A DNA stretch of 64,000 nt from Candidatus Eiseniibacteriota bacterium (GCA_038231135.1 JBBRLX010000018.1:8601-72600), one strand, 5' to 3'. Positions 51,849 through 61,702 are shown, counted from the stretch's first letter. Notes: generated from the sequence alone by a model not told the origin. Program-made: numbers and translations.

Positions 51849-54008
51849 ATGAGCCTCGGGTTTGGCGGCAGGCGGTTGCTGGCGGTGGCGGCGGTGCTGG
51901 CCACGGTCGCGTTCGCCGTGCCCCGGTTCCTCACCCACAACCCCTACCAGCGGCTGGGCGTCTCGCTGAACTGGGTGCGCGGACAGGAATTCCCGCAGGT
52001 GGACCGGGTGATCGGGCCGCCGGCGGAATACCTGCTCGAAAAGGGCGACGAGATCCGCGGCATCGATGGTGTGCTGTTCTCGGGCTCCCGCGACATGCTC
52101 GAGTATCTCAAGCGCAACGGCTGGCCCAAGGGCCCGTTCACGCTCACCATCGATCGCACCCAGCGCACGTTCAACATCGTGGTGCCGCCCGTGCAGCTCG
52201 GTGCCTGGCAGCGCTTGCGCCTGTTCTTCTTCAACGTCGCGGCCATGATCGCGGCCCCGCTCGTGGCCTTCCTGCTGGTGTGGCGCCGGCCCGACCTGAG
52301 CGCGGCCTGGGTGTTCCTGTGGTTCGCGACCCTGCAGGGCCTGGGCGGCATCTGGGAAACCTACCAGTACCCGACGCTCGAGCCCACCGGCGCGTTCAAG
52401 GTCTACCTCGACGTCTACCGCGATCTGCTGCTGTGGTTCCCGGCGAGCTTCCTGCATTTCATGACCGTGTTCCCTCGCCCCCGCTGGCAGCCCGGCCGCC
52501 GCTGGCAGAGCTGGTGGTTCCGGCTGGTGGTGGCGGCAAACGTGGTGCCGGTGGTCATGATCGTCTACGGCCTCGCGCGGCATAAGGTCATGGACACCCC
52601 CTACGTGTGGTTCCAGTCGATCGCGCTGCCGCTGGGCGTGCTGTCGCTGGTCGGCAGCTACGCGCGCCCCGGCGACGGCCGGCGGCCGACGATGAGCGAA
52701 CGGGTGCTGGCGCTGGTGGTCGCGGGCGTGCTGATCCTCGCCACCGGGCTCGGCGCGGTGTCCGAGGACCCGCGGTTCATCGCGTTCTATTCCATGCCGC
52801 TCGCCCGCATCGCGATCACCGCCATCTTCGTGGCGTGGCTGGTGGCGCCGGTGCTGATCGCCTGGCTGATCGCCAACGACCCGGTGTTCGACCCGCGCCG
52901 GCTGCTGGTGCGGTCGCTGCCCTACGCGCTGCTGTCGGGCGTGCTGGCGGCGCTCTACCTGGGCTGCGCCCTGCTCGGCGAGCGACTGTTCGCCGCGGTC
53001 ACCGGCGAGCAGGCGATGCTGTTCAACGTGGTCGCTGCGCTGGTGGTGGCGTTCGCGTTCGCGCCGCTGCGGGAGCGGCTGCAGCGCTGGCTCGACCGGC
53101 TCTACGGCCGCGACCCGCACGCGCTGCGCCTGGCGCTCGACACCGCGGGGCGCGAATTGCTCGGGGCGCTCGACGAGGCCGAGGTGAAGCGCTCGGTCGA
53201 GCAGGGCCTCGAGACCGGCCTCCGGCATCCGGTGGCGATCGACTGGCCGGACCGCGGGGTGCCCCGCATCGCCGACGGCGAGGAGCTGCCCGAACACGCC
53301 CGCAGCGCCGTGGAGGCGCTGCTCGTCCAGGCCCGCATCCGGCTCGAAAACCTGGCGCTCCAGCAGGAGCGGGCGGCTCACGAGCGGCGGGAAGTGGAGC
53401 TGAGGGAGGCCGCGATCCGCGCGGAGTTGCGGGCGCTGCAGGCCCAGGTGCAGCCGCATTTTCTTTTCAACGCTTTGAACGCCCTGGCCTATCTCATCGA
53501 GACGGACGCCGGCGCGGCCCAGCGGTTCACCGAGCGGCTTGCCGACATGCTGCGCTACACCGTGGAAGCCGGCAGCCGGCCGGCGGCGCTGCTGTCGGAC
53601 GAGATCGCGTTCGTCGAGGACTACCTCGGGGTCGCGCGGGAGCGTTACGAGAATCCGATGGTGTTCGAATACCGCGGCACGCCGGACCTGCTGTCGCTGG
53701 CCGTGCCGCCGCTATTGCTGCAACCGCTCGTGGAGAACAGCCTCAAGCACGGCTGCCCGGCGGGAGAGACGCCGTTACACCTCGCGCTCGACGCCCGGAT
53801 GGACGGGCGCTGGCTCGACCTGACGTTCACCGACGACGGCTCCCTCAACGGCAACGGCGCCGTCGGGCTCGGCGTGGGACTCGAAAACCTGGAGCAGCGC
53901 CTGCGGCGGTTCGGCGGCGCGGACGCCACGGTGGTGGCCGGAGCACGGACGACGGGCGGATTCGAAGTACGCATGCGCTGGCGGCTGCGCGAGAGGATGG
54001 CAGCGTGA
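51849..54008 (+). CDS. LytS/YehU-type sensor histidine kinase with N-terminal extracytoplasmic PDZ-like domain and polytopic membrane module
   Basis: 719 aa. TM1 LLAVAAVLATVAFAV, then a PDZ-like segment LGVSLNWV...VDRVIGPPAEYLLEKGDEIRGIDGVLFSGSRDMLEYLKRNGWPKGPFTLTIDRTQRTFNIVV. About 8 TMs follow. The His_kinase (PF06580-type) box is LQAQVQPHFLFNALNALAYLI. The HATPase region has LLQPLVENSLKHG...GLGVGLENL. Confidence 0.85.
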   Translation: MSLGFGGRRLLAVAAVLATVAFAVPRFLTHNPYQRLGVSLNWVRGQEFPQVDRVIGPPAEYLLEKGDEIRGIDGVLFSGSRDMLEYLKRNGWPKGPFTLTIDRTQRTFNIVVPPVQLGAWQRLRLFFFNVAAMIAAPLVAFLLVWRRPDLSAAWVFLWFATLQGLGGIWETYQYPTLEPTGAFKVYLDVYRDLLLWFPASFLHFMTVFPRPRWQPGRRWQSWWFRLVVAANVVPVVMIVYGLARHKVMDTPYVWFQSIALPLGVLSLVGSYARPGDGRRPTMSERVLALVVAGVLILATGLGAVSEDPRFIAFYSMPLARIAITAIFVAWLVAPVLIAWLIANDPVFDPRRLLVRSLPYALLSGVLAALYLGCALLGERLFAAVTGEQAMLFNVVAALVVAFAFAPLRERLQRWLDRLYGRDPHALRLALDTAGRELLGALDEAEVKRSVEQGLETGLRHPVAIDWPDRGVPRIADGEELPEHARSAVEALLVQARIRLENLALQQERAAHERREVELREAAIRAELRALQAQVQPHFLFNALNALAYLIETDAGAAQRFTERLADMLRYTVEAGSRPAALLSDEIAFVEDYLGVARERYENPMVFEYRGTPDLLSLAVPPLLLQPLVENSLKHGCPAGETPLHLALDARMDGRWLDLTFTDDGSLNGNGAVGLGVGLENLEQRLRRFGGADATVVAGARTTGGFEVRMRWRLRERMAA

Positions 54009-54787
54009 CGGTCGAGAACCCGGTGCGGGTGCTGATCGCGGACGACGAACCGCGCGCGCGCCAATTCCTGGAGAAATTGCTCGGTGAACACGACGACATC
54101 GAGGTGGTGGGAGCGGCACGCGGCGGACAGGAGGCGATCGAGCTCACCACGCGGCTCGCGCCCGACGTCACGTTCCTCGACATCCACATGCCGGATCTGT
54201 CCGGCCTCGAAGTGGCACGCTACATCGTGCGCGACCGCGTCGGACCGTTCCCGCACGTGGTGTTCGTCACCGCCTATGACCGCTATGCCGTCGAAGCGTT
54301 CGAGATCGCAGCACTCGATTACGTGCTCAAGCCGCTCAAGCGCGACCGGCTGGGCGAAACCGTGCGGCGCGTGGTGACGGAGGTGCGCAACGGGCGCCCG
54401 GCGGCGCACCTGCGGGCGCTGAAGACCGCGCTCGACACGCCCGAACTTCAAGATGCGATGCCGCCACTCAAGCGACTGCCGGTGCGGCACCGGCGCGAGG
54501 TGAAGCTGCTCGACCTCGACGAGGTGCCGATCGTGTTCTCGCGCGACCGGCTGGTGCTCGCCCGCGCCGAGGGCAAGGAATACCTGGTCGACTACACGCT
54601 GCAGGAACTCGAGACCCGGCTGCCGCGCGACCAGTTCGTGCGTGTGCATCGCGGAGCGCTCGTGAACCTCGAAGCCATCGAGTCCTATGGCGGCGAGGAC
54701 GGCGTGCTCGTGCTGCGCCTCAAGGACGGCACCCGCGTCGAAGCCAGCGAGCGCCGCGCCGCCGAAGTCAGGCGCCGGCTGCGCTGA
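54005..54787 (+). CDS. LytTR-family response regulator
   Basis: GTG start overlapping the kinase stop (GTGA). Receiver domain: VRVLIADDEPRARQFL...VTFLDIHMPDLSGLEV...VVFVTAYDRYAVEAFEIAALDYVLKP. LytTR domain: ...VRVHRGALVNLEAIESY... Confidence 0.9.
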   Translation: MTVENPVRVLIADDEPRARQFLEKLLGEHDDIEVVGAARGGQEAIELTTRLAPDVTFLDIHMPDLSGLEVARYIVRDRVGPFPHVVFVTAYDRYAVEAFEIAALDYVLKPLKRDRLGETVRRVVTEVRNGRPAAHLRALKTALDTPELQDAMPPLKRLPVRHRREVKLLDLDEVPIVFSRDRLVLARAEGKEYLVDYTLQELETRLPRDQFVRVHRGALVNLEAIESYGGEDGVLVLRLKDGTRVEASERRAAEVRRRLR

Positions 54788-54843
54788 CGGCGGAATTCAG
54801 ACGCGGCGGCGTGGACGGCCGTGCCCGTGCGATTCCCGCGCAA

Positions 54844-56268
54844 TCAGCCCTGCGGCATCCCCGGGACGATCTCGGGCGGCGGTAGCTGGACGCGTTTCAG
54901 CTCCGACTCGTGCACCGTGACCGGGTACTTGCGCTTCAACTGATCGGTGTAGACGCGCAGGATCGCGTCCCGCTGGCCCTCGACGACGAACGTGCGCAAC
55001 TGCTCCTTCACCTCGGGCGGGACCGACTCGTACGGCGGCGCGGTGGGACTTTGCACGCGGCGCAGGTATTCGGCGCGAAGATCGTCCTCGGTCACGTGAA
55101 GGCGGCTCGTCACCTGGGCTTCGAAGATCGATTGCAGCACCCTCGAATCCACGCGGTCCTGAATGGCGCGCTCGATGTCGGGCACCTCGTTCAGGTGCCG
55201 CCGGTGCGCCTCGATCACCACCAGGCGCTGCACCACGCGGGACTCGATCCAGCGCTGGATCGACGGCAGCGAGGAGAAGTTCGGGCGATCGGACTGGCTC
55301 TGGAGATCGCCGAGCGCGTCCGCCATCGTAAGGCGCGCCTCGCCCGCCGGCGTGTCGTAGCGGGCGAGCACGACGCCAGAGTCCTCCGCCTGGATCGCGG
55401 CGGTGGAATCGCCGGCCGGCCGGTTCGCGCGCATGAACAACTCCTGGCCGCCGCCGGGCTCGAGCCGCACGCGGTATTCGTCCTTCAGCGTCTGGATCGC
55501 GTGCTGGACCACCGCGCGATGCTTGCGCTGCTTCAACTGCGCCAGCACCTCCGCCTGGACGGACGCGAGCGGGGGCAGCTTCCCCGCCCGGCGTTCGAGC
55601 ACGCGGACGATGAACCAGTTGTCGCCGGCCGGAACCGGGCCCACCAGTTCGCCGACGCGCGCTTCGCGAATGCGCGTGTCGAGCGGCTCGGGCATCGCCC
55701 CGCCGGGAATCCAGCCGAGGTCACCGTCGGGCGGCACCACGCCGCTGCTGTTGAACGCCGTCGCCACCGTCCGGAACGGCTCGCCGGAGCGCAACCGGGC
55801 CAGCGCCTGGCCCGCCATGAGCGGAGTCGCGGCGTGGATCACCTGCAGGTGGTGTTCGGTGCGATGCCAGTCGTAGAACGTCGCAATCTCCGCCTCGCTC
55901 ACCGGCACGTTCTGCGGCGCCAGTTGTTCGGTGAGGGCACCGAGCAGCAATTCCTGCTCGGCGGCGTGGCGCACAAGGACGAGCTGGGTGTCCTGGGTCA
56001 CGCCGCGCTGCTCCGCCTCGAGCAGCATGAGGTCGCGGCGGATCAGGTCGTCGAGCAGCATCCGCTTCGCGCTGTCGGGCTGCCAGGCATACTGGCCGTG
56101 GGCGGTGCTCGCGAACGCGACGAGGTCGGCGGCCGTGATCGTGCGAGGGCCGACCTGTGCGACCGGCCGGGATTGGGTGGCGCAGGACGCGAGCGTCAGC
56201 GCGGCGATCGCGGCGAACCCCAGCGCGATCCGGCGGCGCGCCGGCGTGGAATCAACCATCGTGGTCAT
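54844..56268 (-). CDS. Parvulin-type PPIase lipoprotein (PpiD/PrsA-like chaperone)
   Basis: 474 aa with lipobox LTLASC. It has one rotamase domain ...HLQVIHAAT...RSGEPFRTVATAFNSSG...DGDLGWIPGGAMPEPL...GDNWFIVRVLER, flanked by SurA_N-like helical regions. Confidence 0.75.
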   Translation of the reverse strand: MTTMVDSTPARRRIALGFAAIAALTLASCATQSRPVAQVGPRTITAADLVAFASTAHGQYAWQPDSAKRMLLDDLIRRDLMLLEAEQRGVTQDTQLVLVRHAAEQELLLGALTEQLAPQNVPVSEAEIATFYDWHRTEHHLQVIHAATPLMAGQALARLRSGEPFRTVATAFNSSGVVPPDGDLGWIPGGAMPEPLDTRIREARVGELVGPVPAGDNWFIVRVLERRAGKLPPLASVQAEVLAQLKQRKHRAVVQHAIQTLKDEYRVRLEPGGGQELFMRANRPAGDSTAAIQAEDSGVVLARYDTPAGEARLTMADALGDLQSQSDRPNFSSLPSIQRWIESRVVQRLVVIEAHRRHLNEVPDIERAIQDRVDSRVLQSIFEAQVTSRLHVTEDDLRAEYLRRVQSPTAPPYESVPPEVKEQLRTFVVEGQRDAILRVYTDQLKRKYPVTVHESELKRVQLPPPEIVPGMPQG

Positions 56269-56474
56269 GGGTCTCGCTCCCCCTCGTGGATCGGCTCGCG
56301 AAGGTAGAGCAGCGCTGGCCGGGCCGCAAACTCAGGGCCGGGGCGCGTCGAACACCGGACGCGCCGATCGTGGGGACCAGGTCGCCGGCGCGTGCGTCCT
56401 TGCGTGGCGCCCCGCCGACGATCGACCGCGACGCCATCACGGCGCCACGCCGATCGTCGAACGAATGCCGCAGC

Positions 56475-57104
56475 CTATTCGCCGCCTCCCGTGCAGGCCG
56501 TACCCGGCTCGGCGTGCGGAATCGCGCTCAGGTATTCGTAGATCGCGCTGAGGTCCACGTCCGTCATGTGGCGATAGACGGGCCACGGCATCACCTGCAG
56601 GAAATTGTGCGGCGGCTCCGGATCGTGGCCGGTGCGGATCGTGTTGATGAACTGCTCGCGCGTGCTGTTCTCCGGCAGCCCGGTCTTCTTGTCGGGTGTG
56701 AGGTTCGCCGACGTGAACGGGCCAAAGTGAACGCCGCCCGCGAGGTAGTGGTCGGTGTTGAGCAGGCCGTCGCCGCCGGACGCCGGATTGTGGCCGGCCG
56801 CGTAGGACGGGCACGAGTGACAGTCGTTGCAGCCGCTCTGCGCGTTCACGATGTAGCTGCCGAGCCCGACGAGCGACTTGTTCCGGCCCTTCAGTTCCAG
56901 GCGCACAGGGGCGATGTCGAATCCGCGCTGGATGCGCTCGTCCGCGCGATGGATCTCGTTGCCATCGTCCTTGCGACCGTGACCGTGATCGTCGTCATCC
57001 CTGTCGTGATCACCCCAGCTCGTGCCGGGCGCACCGAGGAACGCGAGGATGATGCCGGCGAAGATGATGGAACAGAAGCCGAACAGCAGACGATGCGATT
57101 TCAT
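56475..57104 (-). CDS. Monoheme cytochrome c family protein with His/Asp-rich N-terminal segment
   Basis: ORF 56475..57128 trimmed to ATG 57104, preceded by GGAGAC. Signal MKSHRLLFGFCSIIFAGIILAFLGAPG, an acidic/His tract DHDRDDDDHGHGRKDDG, and the heme motif CNDCH. Confidence 0.7.
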   Translation of the reverse strand: MKSHRLLFGFCSIIFAGIILAFLGAPGTSWGDHDRDDDDHGHGRKDDGNEIHRADERIQRGFDIAPVRLELKGRNKSLVGLGSYIVNAQSGCNDCHSCPSYAAGHNPASGGDGLLNTDHYLAGGVHFGPFTSANLTPDKKTGLPENSTREQFINTIRTGHDPEPPHNFLQVMPWPVYRHMTDVDLSAIYEYLSAIPHAEPGTACTGGGE

Positions 57105-57233
57105 GGGTGTCTCCGCAGGGGCGAACACGGAACGTCGAGAGAGGAACCGGAGGATACAAGAGGCTGGCCGCCGATCAAGAAAAAGCCGCGGCTCGCCACG
57201 GACCCCCCTGGGAACGGGGGTTCCACACGGTTT

Positions 57234-60200
57234 TCAGCGGCGTTTCAGCGGCTCCCGGCGATTCGGGCCGGGTGGCGGGGGCAGCGGCTGCGGACGGGCC
57301 GCAGGGTGCGATGCCGCCGATGCGGCCGGGGCGCCCGCCACCCCGCCGGTCGGGGCGCCGCCATCCGGTCCCGTGGGTCCCGTAGGTCCGGCCGCGGGTC
57401 CGCTGTTCGCGGTCGCGAGGCTCAGACCCTGCAGCAGCTCGCGCGTGCGGTGCAGCAGTGCCAGGCCCTCGCCGCGGAGCCGGAGGCCGAACTCGCGGCC
57501 GGTGAAGAATTCGATCTGGAAGTTCAGCGTGCCCACCAGGCTGCGGATCTCGCCGGGCTTGAGTGGCCGGCGCAGCGCCAGCTCGGCGACGTCGTGGAAT
57601 ACCCGCAGGCTCTCGACGTCGTTGCCGGCGCCCAGCACGCGCAGCCGGCGCAGCTCGAACAGCGCGATCGCGGCCGGCGGCAGCTGGCCGAACCGGTCGA
57701 TGACCTCGAGCACCAGGTCGTCGATCGCGGCCTCGTCGCGGGCCTCGGCCAGCCGCCGGTACAGGTTGAGCTTCTCGTGCTCGTCGGGCACGTATTCGTC
57801 GGCGAGGTACGCGCTCCAGTCGGTGACGAGCCGCGGCTCGGGCTTGATCTCGCTGGCCTCGCCCTTGAGCTCCGCCACGGATTCCTCGAGCAGCTTCACG
57901 TACAGGTCGAACCCGAGTCCCAGGATGAAGCCGCTCTGCTCGGGGCCCAGCATGTTGCCGGCGCCGCGGATCTCCAGGTCCTTGAGCGCGATCTTGAACC
58001 CGACGCCGAGGTCGTCGAACTCCTCGATCACACGCAGCCGCTTCTCGGCGTCCTCGGTGAGCACGCGGCGGCTCGGCACCAGCAGATAGGCGAACGCCCG
58101 GTGCGACGAGCGCCCCACCCGCCCGCGCAGCTGGTAGAGCTGCGCCAGCCCCATGGTGTCGGCGCGATCCACGATCAGCGTGTTCACGCTCGGGATGTCA
58201 AGGCCCGACTCGATGATCATCGTCGACACCAGCACGTCCGTGCGCTTGTCGATGAAGTCGAGCATCACCTGCTCGAGCTGGTGCTCGTGCATCTGCCCGT
58301 GGCCCACGGCCACGCGCACCTGCGGCACCAGCTTCTCCACGCGCAGCGCGACGTTATGGATCGTCTCCACGCGGTTGTGCACGAAGTACACCTGCCCGCC
58401 GCGGTCGATCTCGCGCAGGATCGCGTCCGAGATCGTCTCCTCGTCGTACTCGAGCGTCTCGGTGTGAACCGGCAGCCGGTCGCGCGGCGGCGTCTCGATC
58501 ACCGACATGTCGCGCGCGCCGGCGAGGCTCAGGTTGAGCGTGCGCGGGATCGGCGTCGCGGTCATCGCGAGCACGTGCACGGTGCGGGTGAGCTGGCGGA
58601 TCTTCTCCTTCTGCGCCACGCCGAAGCGGTGCTCCTCGTCGATGACCACGAGCCCCAGGTCCCGGAACTTCACGTCCTTCGACAGCAGCCGGTGGGTGCC
58701 GACCACGATGTCGACTTCGCCGGTCGCGACCTTCGCGAGCGTGTCCTTCAGCTGCTTCCCGGTGCGGAACCGCGACAGCACCTCGACCTTCATCGGGAAG
58801 TCGGCGAGGCGCTCGCGGAACGTGAGTACGTGCTGCTGCGCGAGGATCGTGGTGGGGACCAGCACCGCGACCTGCTTGCCCTCCTGCACCGCCTTGAACG
58901 CGGCGCGCATCGCGACCTCGGTCTTGCCGTAGCCCACGTCGCCGCAGATCAGCCGGTCCATCGGCAGCCCCGATTCGAGATCCTGCTTCACGTCCTGGAT
59001 CGCCTTGAGCTGGTCGGGCGTCTCCTCGTACGGGAACGCGGCCTCGAACTCGCGCTGCCACACGGTGTCGGGCTTGAAGGCATGCCCGGGCAGCGCCTTG
59101 CGCGCCGCGTATGCGCGGATCAGCGCCTCGGCCATGTCCTGGATGGCCTTCTTGGCTCGGGCCTTGGTCTTCTGCCACGCGCCCGAGCCGAGCCGGTAGA
59201 GCGCCGGGCGCGCGCCCTCGCTCGCCGAATAGCGCGACATCAGCGCGATCTGCTGCACCGGCACGAACAGCCGGTCGCTCTCGGCGTAGGAGATCTCGAC
59301 GCAGTCGGTCTCCTGCCCGTTCAGCGTGAGCCGCTGCATGCCGCGGTAGACGCCGATGCCGTGGTCCTCGTGCACCACGTAGTCGCCGACCTTGAGCGCC
59401 GACAGCTCGGCGATCGACAGTCCGCCGGTGCGCCGCAGGCGCCGGCGCCGGCGGTGATAGCGCGCGAACACCTCGTGATCGGTCAGGATCGCGAGCCCGG
59501 CCGACTTCATCGTGAAGCCCTGCGACACGAGTCCCACGCCGAGCGTCGCGCCGGTGTTGCCGAGCATCTCCTGCAGCCGGTCGCGCTGCGCGGGGTTGTC
59601 GCACAGCACCACGCCCAGCAGGCCGGCGGCGCCAATCTCGGCGAGGTGCGTGCGCAGCCGTTCGATCGATCGCTGCATCGGCTCGGCGGGCGTGCACTCG
59701 AGCAGCAGCGTCTGCACGTAGCGGCGGCCCTCGCCAACCTCGCCGATCGGGCCCATCCAGTCGGCGCCGGGGCGCTCCGCCGCCACGTGCTCGAGCGTAT
59801 CCTCGGGCAGGAACAACTCCTCGGGGCGCGAGATCGCGGGGTAGTGCGTGCGAGATTCCTCGAAGCCGCGCGCGATCAGCTCGCCCAGCTCCGCGGCGCG
59901 CTGGCTCAGCTTGCCCGGATCGTCGAGCACCACGATGCAGTCGGCCGGCAGGTAGTCGAGCAGCGAGCCCGGCTGGGGATCGTAGTGCGACGCGAACCGC
60001 TCCATGCCATCGTGAAACAGCGAACCCGTCGTGCGATCACGACGGCCGACGACTTCGGTGTCGGCGTCCACGCGGGTCTCGGCCGCACGCAGCCGCGTCA
60101 TCACCGCGTCGACCTCGTCGCGCATGACCACCACTTCGTAGCGCGGCAGCAGTGTCGCGTCCTTGAGCTGCTCGAGCGAGCGTTGCGTGCCCGCGTCGAA

Positions 60201-60854
60201 CCGGCGCATGGACTCGAGCGTGTCGCCGTCGAACTCCAGCCGGATCGGATCGGCGAGGCCCACGGCGTAGATGTCGAGGATGCCGCCGCGCCGCGCGAAG
60301 TGGCCCACCGCCTCGACCTCGGGCAGCCGCTCGTAGCCCAGGTACACGAGCCGCTCGGCGAGCTCGGCGGGATCGTAGTCGTGGCCGACCTCGAGCCGGA
60401 TCACGGCCGCGCGCAGCCGTTCCGGCCGCGGCACGCGCTGCAGCAGTCCGCGCACCGTGGCCACCACCACTCCCGATTCGCCCCGCGCGAGCCGCGCCAG
60501 CGTCTCGAGGCGCTCGGCCGTGATCGCCGGGTGCGGCGACGCCGGGTCGTAGGGCAGGTTGTCGGGCTCCGGGAACACCAGCGTGTCGCCGCGGCCGCGG
60601 AAGTATTCGAGATCGTCGCGCGCGGCCTCGAACCCGTCGGCATGCGCGACCAGGTACAGCACGGTCCGGCCGGTGGTGCGCTGCAACCAGGACGTGAGGT
60701 AGCCGCGCGCCGAGCCGATCAGCCCCCGCACCGCCACGCGTCCGCCCGGATCGTCACGCTCGAACCGCTCGGCGAGCGTCCGGGCTTCGGACACGCGGTC
60801 GAGTTGTTGCGCGAGCGATTCGGCCAGCTCGTCCTTGAGGTACGTCTCGGTCAC
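57234..60854 (-). CDS. mfd: Transcription-repair coupling factor
   Basis: 1206 aa with a GTG start. UvrB-like N-terminus and a CarD-like region VGDYVVHEDHGIGVY. Helicase motifs LICGDVGYGKTEVA, VIDEEHRFG, MTATPIPRT, TIIESGLDIPSVNTL, QLRGRVGR. It has a TRCF C-terminal domain and a Pro/Ala/Gly-rich C-terminal tail of about 60 aa. Confidence 0.95.
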   Translation of the reverse strand: MTETYLKDELAESLAQQLDRVSEARTLAERFERDDPGGRVAVRGLIGSARGYLTSWLQRTTGRTVLYLVAHADGFEAARDDLEYFRGRGDTLVFPEPDNLPYDPASPHPAITAERLETLARLARGESGVVVATVRGLLQRVPRPERLRAAVIRLEVGHDYDPAELAERLVYLGYERLPEVEAVGHFARRGGILDIYAVGLADPIRLEFDGDTLESMRRFDAGTQRSLEQLKDATLLPRYEVVVMRDEVDAVMTRLRAAETRVDADTEVVGRRDRTTGSLFHDGMERFASHYDPQPGSLLDYLPADCIVVLDDPGKLSQRAAELGELIARGFEESRTHYPAISRPEELFLPEDTLEHVAAERPGADWMGPIGEVGEGRRYVQTLLLECTPAEPMQRSIERLRTHLAEIGAAGLLGVVLCDNPAQRDRLQEMLGNTGATLGVGLVSQGFTMKSAGLAILTDHEVFARYHRRRRRLRRTGGLSIAELSALKVGDYVVHEDHGIGVYRGMQRLTLNGQETDCVEISYAESDRLFVPVQQIALMSRYSASEGARPALYRLGSGAWQKTKARAKKAIQDMAEALIRAYAARKALPGHAFKPDTVWQREFEAAFPYEETPDQLKAIQDVKQDLESGLPMDRLICGDVGYGKTEVAMRAAFKAVQEGKQVAVLVPTTILAQQHVLTFRERLADFPMKVEVLSRFRTGKQLKDTLAKVATGEVDIVVGTHRLLSKDVKFRDLGLVVIDEEHRFGVAQKEKIRQLTRTVHVLAMTATPIPRTLNLSLAGARDMSVIETPPRDRLPVHTETLEYDEETISDAILREIDRGGQVYFVHNRVETIHNVALRVEKLVPQVRVAVGHGQMHEHQLEQVMLDFIDKRTDVLVSTMIIESGLDIPSVNTLIVDRADTMGLAQLYQLRGRVGRSSHRAFAYLLVPSRRVLTEDAEKRLRVIEEFDDLGVGFKIALKDLEIRGAGNMLGPEQSGFILGLGFDLYVKLLEESVAELKGEASEIKPEPRLVTDWSAYLADEYVPDEHEKLNLYRRLAEARDEAAIDDLVLEVIDRFGQLPPAAIALFELRRLRVLGAGNDVESLRVFHDVAELALRRPLKPGEIRSLVGTLNFQIEFFTGREFGLRLRGEGLALLHRTRELLQGLSLATANSGPAAGPTGPTGPDGGAPTGGVAGAPAASAASHPAARPQPLPPPPGPNRREPLKRR

Positions 60855-60902
60855 CGGGTGCTCCTCGTCGAGCGGCGAACGCCGGTCAGCGGCGCCGGGG
60901 TC

Positions 60903-60941
60903 CCAAACGCGAAAACCCGCCGCGGATTTTCCCGTGGCGGT
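60903..60941 (-). terminator. Intrinsic terminator downstream of the TlpA-like gene
   Basis: The minus-strand RNA reads CCGCCACGG-GAAAAU-CCGCGGCGG, a 9-bp stem with one A-C mismatch. It is followed by GUUUUCGCGUUUGGG. Confidence 0.45.
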
Positions 60942-61027
60942 ACGGCCTTCGAATGTCCGCCCCTGAATCAGGGCGGCGAGCAGCCTAACAACCGCGTGTG
61001 GGGCGGCTCAAGGCGGGGGCACTCGGG

Positions 61028-61702
61028 TCAGCGCGCCAGTGCCTGCTTCGGTTTCTCGGCCAGCACCTGCGCGAGCACCTGCTCGAGGCCGCGGTATTCC
61101 ATGTCGCAGCGCGCGTGCTCGGGGTCGGTACTTGGATGGTACTCGCCGCCACCGTGCACCCAGCGGATCATGCCGACGCGGTCGATCAGGAACGACACAG
61201 AGGTCCAGTTGCGCTCGGGACTGGCGTCGAGCCAGTAGCGATCGAGCGTCTTCCAGGAGCCGTCGACGGCGATCGGGCCCGAGAACCCCAGCTTGTTCGC
61301 GGTCGCCAGGATGTGGCGGTCGTCCACGAACCGCGGTGGCTTGGGATGGTATACGCCGACCACGACGAGCCCCTGCCCGCCGTGATCGCGCTCGAGTTGT
61401 TCGATCACCGGCAACGTCGAGGAACAATACCGGCAACCGTCGGTCCACCAGCGCACCAGCACCACCTTGCCGCGCAGCGACCGCAGCGTGAGCGGCTTCG
61501 TGCGGATCCAGCGGTCGAACGTCCACGCGGGTGCCGGGGTGCCGATCAGCTCGGATCCCAAATCGGGATCTCCGGCCACTGCAGGCGCGCTGGCGTCGGC
61601 ATGGGCGGTCGCCGATATCGCGAACGCCAGAAGCATTCCGGCACCGAGGCGCCGCCAATGACGGGTCGGCGTGGTCACTCGGGAGGTCGCGCGGGGATTC
61701 AT
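61028..61702 (-). CDS. TlpA-like thiol:disulfide oxidoreductase (thioredoxin fold)
   Basis: ORF 61028..61921 trimmed to ATG 61702. Signal ...RRLGAGMLLAFAISATAHA. It contains ...APAWTFDRWIRTKPLTLRSLRGKVVLVRWWTDGCRYCSSTLP..., with a CxxC active site (CRYC). Confidence 0.8.
   Translation of the reverse strand: MNPRATSRVTTPTRHWRRLGAGMLLAFAISATAHADASAPAVAGDPDLGSELIGTPAPAWTFDRWIRTKPLTLRSLRGKVVLVRWWTDGCRYCSSTLPVIEQLERDHGGQGLVVVGVYHPKPPRFVDDRHILATANKLGFSGPIAVDGSWKTLDRYWLDASPERNWTSVSFLIDRVGMIRWVHGGGEYHPSTDPEHARCDMEYRGLEQVLAQVLAEKPKQALAR

Noticed and set aside
51810-53459. 549-aa minus-strand ORF
   Set aside because: It is antisense to the LytS-type kinase gene. It is R/H/Q/E/P-rich with no TM or domain pattern.
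56157-61238. 1693-aa plus-strand ORF, the longest ORF in the window
   Set aside because: It is antisense to mfd, whose minus-strand translation carries every helicase/TRCF motif. The plus-strand product is Arg/Ala/Gly/His/Leu-rich with no recognisable motif. This is the usual stop-free shadow frame of high-GC DNA.
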